From: an uncultured Planctomycetota bacterium
Lineage (GTDB): Bacteria; Planctomycetota; Planctomycetia; Gemmatales; Gemmataceae
Reading direction: 5' to 3'
Assembly (NCBI GenBank): GCA_963849325.1
Contig: CAWKHF010000009.1
Coordinates: 1 to 64,000 of the forward strand
DNA: 64,000 bases
The translations under genes and the position numbers were made by a program. The notes under the pieces are model-generated. The model saw nothing but the letters and a program-made list of their open reading frames with translations, made no database searches and was not told the DNA's origin. Positions 56,159 to 64,000 of the stretch are shown here, piece after piece (within the stretch, counting starts at the first letter, position 1; the number at the start of each line of letters is the position of its first letter).

Positions 56159-56212
56159 TCGGAGCCGGAAGCGTACGCGAAGGAATGACTTCGCTTACGC
56201 TTCCGGCTCCGA
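56159..56212. repeat. REP-like palindrome, family 4
   Basis: TCGGAGCCGGAAGCGTA..TACGCTTCCGGCTCCGA. Confidence 0.85.
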
Positions 56213-56223
56213 GGATTTCGACC

Positions 56224-56640
56224 TTACTCTTCCGTCCTGCGGCGGAACGCCTTCGTAGCCGCTCGACGCCGTTTCGTCGCCAGGCGTCGCTCCTTCGCCC
56301 CGCGCGTCGGCTTCGTTTTCTTGCGAACCTTCGGCGGCGTCAACGCCTGCAACACTATCTGCCGCAGTTTCTCCAGGCAATCCTCGCGGTTGCGTTCCTG
56401 ATCGCGGTAGCGCTGCGAGGTCAGGAGCAGCTCGCCCTCACTCGTGATGCGGCGGCGCTGCTGCGTTTGCAGCCGGGCCTTGACATCGGCGGGCAGACTG
56501 GAACTGGCGACCAAGTCCCAGCGCAGCACGGCCTTGGAGGCGACCTTGTTGACGTTCTGGCCGCCTGGTCCGCCCGAACGAACGAAGCTCCAGGACAACT
56601 CCTCGTCGGGGATGTGGATGCGGTCATTGATATCGAGCAT
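56224..56640 (-). CDS. arfB: alternative ribosome rescue factor ArfB
   Basis: RSGGPGGQNVNKV; basic tail RKKTKPT. Confidence 0.95.
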   Translation of the reverse strand: MLDINDRIHIPDEELSWSFVRSGGPGGQNVNKVASKAVLRWDLVASSSLPADVKARLQTQQRRRITSEGELLLTSQRYRDQERNREDCLEKLRQIVLQALTPPKVRKKTKPTRGAKERRLATKRRRAATKAFRRRTEE

Positions 56641-56840
56641 GGCCAGCCTCTTCCGCACGTCGTCCTTCCACCGCACCTCTTGCCGATGGCGCGTTGGAGA
56701 GAGAACACTTCTACCGTACCTGACAACGACTCTCCGGTAAACCAAAGGGTTCGCAACCGGGGCGGCCAGGGGAAGAAGGCGCCTCGCGCCCCATCCTCAT
56801 CAGCCCCGCGTCCGCGGCGGATCGTTTGTCCGAGGTGAAG

Positions 56841-58086
56841 ATGAAAACCGTCAAGTTCATGAAGTCCCACGAGCAAATCTTGCGCGAGCAGGTCATCGAC
56901 GCCGAGCGCCCCGGCCCGGTGCTGCGGGACTTTCGCACCGTCCTGGATTTCGTGGGTGTCCAAGGCGTGAAGGCGGCGGGAAAGTACAACTTGCTGCCCA
57001 TCGAAGCGCTTGCGGAACTGGAGGGGCGGCTCAGCCGTCCGCTGCGCCTGGAACTGAAGCGGCCGCAGCTTCGCTCGCATCCGTACCTGTGGGGACTTCA
57101 CCTGTTGCTCCGCGCCAGCGGCCTCAGTCTTCTGCAAGGGACGGGCACGCAGACTCGTTTGGTCCTCGACCCGCCCCTGCTCGCCCAATGGCAACAGCTC
57201 AACCTCACGGAGCAGTATTTCACGCTGCTGGAAACGTGGCTGCGAATCGGCCGCGCGGAAATGGTCGGCGGACAAGGGAGGGGATCCTTCGGAGGGCTTC
57301 TGCTGCCGGTCCTGCAAAGCTGGCAATACCTACCGGCCAAGGGCGAGCGGTTCAACGTCGAGAAACCGCAACAGGTCTACTTTTCCCTGCTCGGCCGAGA
57401 GTTCTACCAACTGGCCCTGATGGACCTGTTTGGTCTCCTTGAAGTGGAACAACCGCCGCCGGGAGTTACGCCGTGGTGTCCAGCCGCCGTTCGGCCTGTA
57501 CCGTTCGGCGATGCTGTGTTGACGCTCCTGACGGAGCGAGTGCTCTCCTCGCTGGACGACTTTATCGCGGAGGACATTTCTCCGCAGCCTGCCGCGCTTC
57601 GGGGAGTGGCAGTCGATCTTCCAGCCCTATTTCCCCGAGTGGCGCGAGAACTTGCACAGTCAAGAGACCGCGCCGCGTCAAGGCACCTTTCTTTTCCGCG
57701 TGGCACTCGGCAAGGCCTGGCGACGCCTCGCTCTCCGCGCCAGCGCTACCGTCGATGACCTGGTGGCCTGGGTTCTGAAGTCGTTCAATTTCGATCGAGA
57801 CCATCTTTATGAATTGCTCTGCCGCGACCGCTTCGGCAGGACGATCCGCATTCTCCACCCGCACATGGAGGAAGAGGGCGAAGGGCCGTCGGGCGCGGCA
57901 GTCCGGCTCGGCGAGTTGCCGGTGGGGCCGGGGCAGTCGATGACCTTGGTGTACGATTTCGGCGACAACTGGCGGTTTGACGTTAAGCTGGAAGCCATCG
58001 AGCCGCCCGAGGTGAAAATCAAGCCGCCGCGAATCCTGGAGAGCCACGGCCGAGCACCGGAGCAGTATCCGGGTTGGGATGAGTGA
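56841..58086 (+). CDS. plasmid pRiA4b ORF-3 family protein (frameshifted)
   Basis: FNFDRDHLY, YDFGDNWRF, APEQYP. Confidence 0.8.
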
Positions 58087-58184
58087 TAAATCCGCGCCGG
58101 CGGCCGCTTGACCGTGCCGGCCACGGGAACTATCGTCCAGTTGTGTTCGCGCCGTTATTTTGTCTTTTGTTCTCTGGGGGCAGC

Positions 58185-58793
58185 GTGTCGTACAGCGATT
58201 TCTCCTTGGAAGACATTAAAGAGCGGTTTAACCTGCAATTTAACGAGAAGGAGGATCTCTACGGCTCAATCCCTCCTGTCGAGATCAGCGCGCTGCTGCG
58301 CGAGACCCTCGCGGAAAGCGTACCCTTGGCTCTTGCCATCAGCACGGAAAAGGCGCGTGCGGAGTTGATTATTACCCCCGTCTTGCTGGAAGTCCGCCGT
58401 CAGGTGAAACCATCGGTCAGTCTGTTCTCCGGCGTGGACTTCACCGTCGATGCCGAGCAAGGACTACGCGGCGTGTGCGATTACTTGTTGAGCCGATCGC
58501 CGGAGCAACTGACCATTGAGGCGCCCGTGGTGGCGGTGGTCGAGGCCAAGAATGAGAACATGAAGGCGGGCATCGGCCAGTGCCTCGCCGAGTTGGTCGC
58601 CGTGCGGCTGTTCAATCAACGCAAGGGCCAGGATTTGCCGGCCGTGTATGGAGCGGTGACGACCGGCAACAATTGGAAGTTTCTGCGTCTTGCCGGCGAC
58701 ATGGCGAACGTGGACCTAGCCGAGTATCACATCAAAGAGGTCGGACGGGTGGTCGGCATCCTCGTGGCGATGCTCCAGGGAACGGCAGCCTGA
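58185..58793 (+). CDS. PD-(D/E)XK restriction-endonuclease-fold protein
   Basis: CDYLL..VVEAK..GQC; YGAVTTGNNWKF. Confidence 0.8.
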   Translation: MSYSDFSLEDIKERFNLQFNEKEDLYGSIPPVEISALLRETLAESVPLALAISTEKARAELIITPVLLEVRRQVKPSVSLFSGVDFTVDAEQGLRGVCDYLLSRSPEQLTIEAPVVAVVEAKNENMKAGIGQCLAELVAVRLFNQRKGQDLPAVYGAVTTGNNWKFLRLAGDMANVDLAEYHIKEVGRVVGILVAMLQGTAA

Positions 58794-58857
58794 CGCACAG
58801 CAGATCACGCATCAAATGGTCCCGACCGCCTCTTTACCTCCTACAGCTATTCCGTCC

Positions 58858-59331
58858 TTACTTCGCGTTCAGGACCAAGCCCAGTACCAGGGTGGATAGG
58901 AAAAGAAATCCCATTACGAAGCAAACGGCTTTCAGAATCTTCACGCCTTCGCTCGCCCGCGACTGCGGCGCTACGGCAACGGCCGGCGTGTCAGGCACGG
59001 GACAGTGGTTAGGCGAGGTGCGTTCCTCCGGAAGAGAAGGCGAAGTGCGAAGTTCTTTGTTCATCACGAAAAGACCGGCGCAGACGATCCCTAGGACGAA
59101 CCACTGGAGAGCCAGCCTGGGGCCGCAAATTTCCTAGCGGTCTTCCAGCCACTTGTTGGTGTGAGGATCCTTGAAAAGCCCGCCCGAGGGGGCGTCGAAC
59201 AGGAAACTGTATTGCACTTTCCCGGACCCTCGGTTAGCTCCCAGCCCCTGGTTGGCCCACGGCGGGAATACTACCATTGCGACGAAGAGGGCGAGACCCC
59301 AACCGACTATCTGCTTCTGGGTGCCATTCAT
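58858..59331 (-). pseudogene. hypothetical membrane protein with in-frame TAG at 59134
   Basis: Both ORF parts are in one frame; FPPW and YSFLF segments. Confidence 0.45.
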
Positions 59332-59815
59332 AAGCGTCTCGTGTTGAGCGTATGAGTTACCAGCCACTGGCACGCATTCTTTTGCGGCACCCAAAAAGTA
59401 GTTCAGAAACGCTTCGCGGTCAAAAGGCAGGGTTGACGGCCCGATCACTCCTTCTCCAGGTCCGCAGCACGGACCCAATACGCAGTATCCCCAAACTGGA
59501 CATAGTAGAACGCCCGTTCCGGCGTGTTCAAGGGAATACTTCAGGCTTCGGGGCCACGGAGGATTCGACCTATCATGTCTGGTTCGAGCAGGAGATGCCT
59601 ACCGTCCTCATCCCAGCCCCCACGGCCATGTTCCCCGGTGTAGCGTACCCTGTCTCCGGTCTGGAACCGCGGATAAAGAAGTTCCTGATCCATCTGTTGC
59701 CTCCTTTCCGGCTAGCGGTGTTGTCCGAGTTGTTTAAGGCATACTACAATACCTAGGGCAACGTGACGATGGAAGCCGGTTGTGACCGTGACGCAGGAAG
59801 GTGAAGGAATGCACG

Positions 59816-60175
59816 ATGAGGATGGGCACAGAGGCCGGCGCGGAGGCAACCTCTCCACCTCTACCGCCATCGATCCACGAGGCGGAGTTGGCATCCGGTC
59901 CATCGGGAGCAGTGGAATATGGGGCCGAGATCGACTTTGCCTCTGCCGTGGCGCGTCGCCGGATCGGAGGCAACGTGGTGGTGCGCGGCGATGATGTCGA
60001 TGCCAATCGCCGCCTCGCTGCCTCCATCGAATCCGCCGTGGGGCCGTGCCGCCGTGGCGAGCCTCACCGCAGCGCCGGTCCCCATGCCTTACCGCATTAC
60101 CAGCCGCAATCTCGGCCGCCGAACGGCCACACGTTCTACGAGACGACCCGGCGCAAAGCGAGGAAGTCGCCATGA
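59816..60175 (+). CDS. small His-motif protein
   Basis: EPH..LPHYQ..GHTFYE; RBS AAGGA. Confidence 0.65.
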   Translation: MRMGTEAGAEATSPPLPPSIHEAELASGPSGAVEYGAEIDFASAVARRRIGGNVVVRGDDVDANRRLAASIESAVGPCRRGEPHRSAGPHALPHYQPQSRPPNGHTFYETTRRKARKSP

Positions 60176-60711
60176 AATACTTCACCCCCGATCTGATTGC
60201 CCGCGGTCAGAGTGATGACAGTTGCGTCCTCAACGAAGTCGAAACGCTCTGGGACGAACGCTGCGAGCGTTACAACGCCTACCTGGCATCGATCCGAGAC
60301 GAGTTGTGTCCCGGTCTGCGGCACATCGAAGACAACTATTACCTGCACGATGCCAAGGTACGCGGCATGGGATGCCGGGATCGGACGTTCGTTGTTGTCC
60401 TCCAGCTCGACACGCCCCCGCATTCGTTGCTGACCTTCACCTACGATCTGGTCGAGCCGCCGCGGATCGATCCGCAGATCCTCCCCGAATCGGCTCGCTC
60501 GCAGGGAGACTTGGTGGAGTGGCAATACGATGAGATCGAGAAGGCACCCGGCGAAACGCCGACCTGGCGGCAAGCCATTCTGCTGAGCAACGGCTGGGAA
60601 ATCGCGCTCCACTTTCGAGACGTTAAGGTCGAGGAGATGCAGGCCATCCTGCCAGCACCGGGCCATAACGTCCTCTTGCTGCCGGGTGTCGGCCTGCCGC
60701 ACCCTGTCTGA
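60172..60711 (+). CDS. hypothetical protein, ATGA-coupled to upstream gene
   Basis: MKYFTP..LHDA..WQYDE..ILLSNG. Confidence 0.75.
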   Translation: MKYFTPDLIARGQSDDSCVLNEVETLWDERCERYNAYLASIRDELCPGLRHIEDNYYLHDAKVRGMGCRDRTFVVVLQLDTPPHSLLTFTYDLVEPPRIDPQILPESARSQGDLVEWQYDEIEKAPGETPTWRQAILLSNGWEIALHFRDVKVEEMQAILPAPGHNVLLLPGVGLPHPV

Positions 60712-60783
60712 ACGGCGCGTCTCCCATAATATGAGGAGCAACCGACTACCGGGTCACGCACGACCGCGAGGAAGCTCCCACCC

Positions 60784-64000
<3,217 letters not shown>

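Noticed and set aside
59352-59756. 134-aa ORF
   Set aside because: Atypical codon use, no RBS or motif

Overview
High-GC bacterial DNA, most likely Planctomycetota/Gemmataceae, judged from the DUF1559 gene and the palindromic REP-like families. Positions 1-~29.8 kb are two mobile islands in tandem, joined at a displaced 3' half of tRNA-Asp(GTC) (23003-23050). Island A (1-23002) is an integrative mobilizable element. It has a MobF/TrwC relaxase-helicase with a candidate oriT, a VirD4 coupling protein, ParB, an excisionase, a tyrosine integrase and a leftward cluster of small genes, but no visible mating-pair (VirB) genes. Island B (23051-~26685) has an integrase, AlpA, a serine recombinase-like protein and a DNA ligase fragment, and is cut off by IS3 and IS4 elements. 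Positions ~29.8-64 kb are host chromosome (htrA, MATE, folC, fadD-like, glycosyltransferases, ppdK, arfB, carB). The most striking structure is a pair of 500-720 nt rod-like fold-backs. In each, a small SSB/OB-like gene is paired wholly or partly with a non-coding degenerate inverted copy of itself, and the G-T wobbles favour folding of the + (template) strand. Other notable points are an in-frame fusion of the two integrases across the tRNA att site and a 60-bp T-rich patch with two stops in virD4. Single-base indels are frequent, even in ppdK and carB, so many apparent frameshifts are probably sequencing errors. All family assignments come from motif recognition only; no database searches were run.
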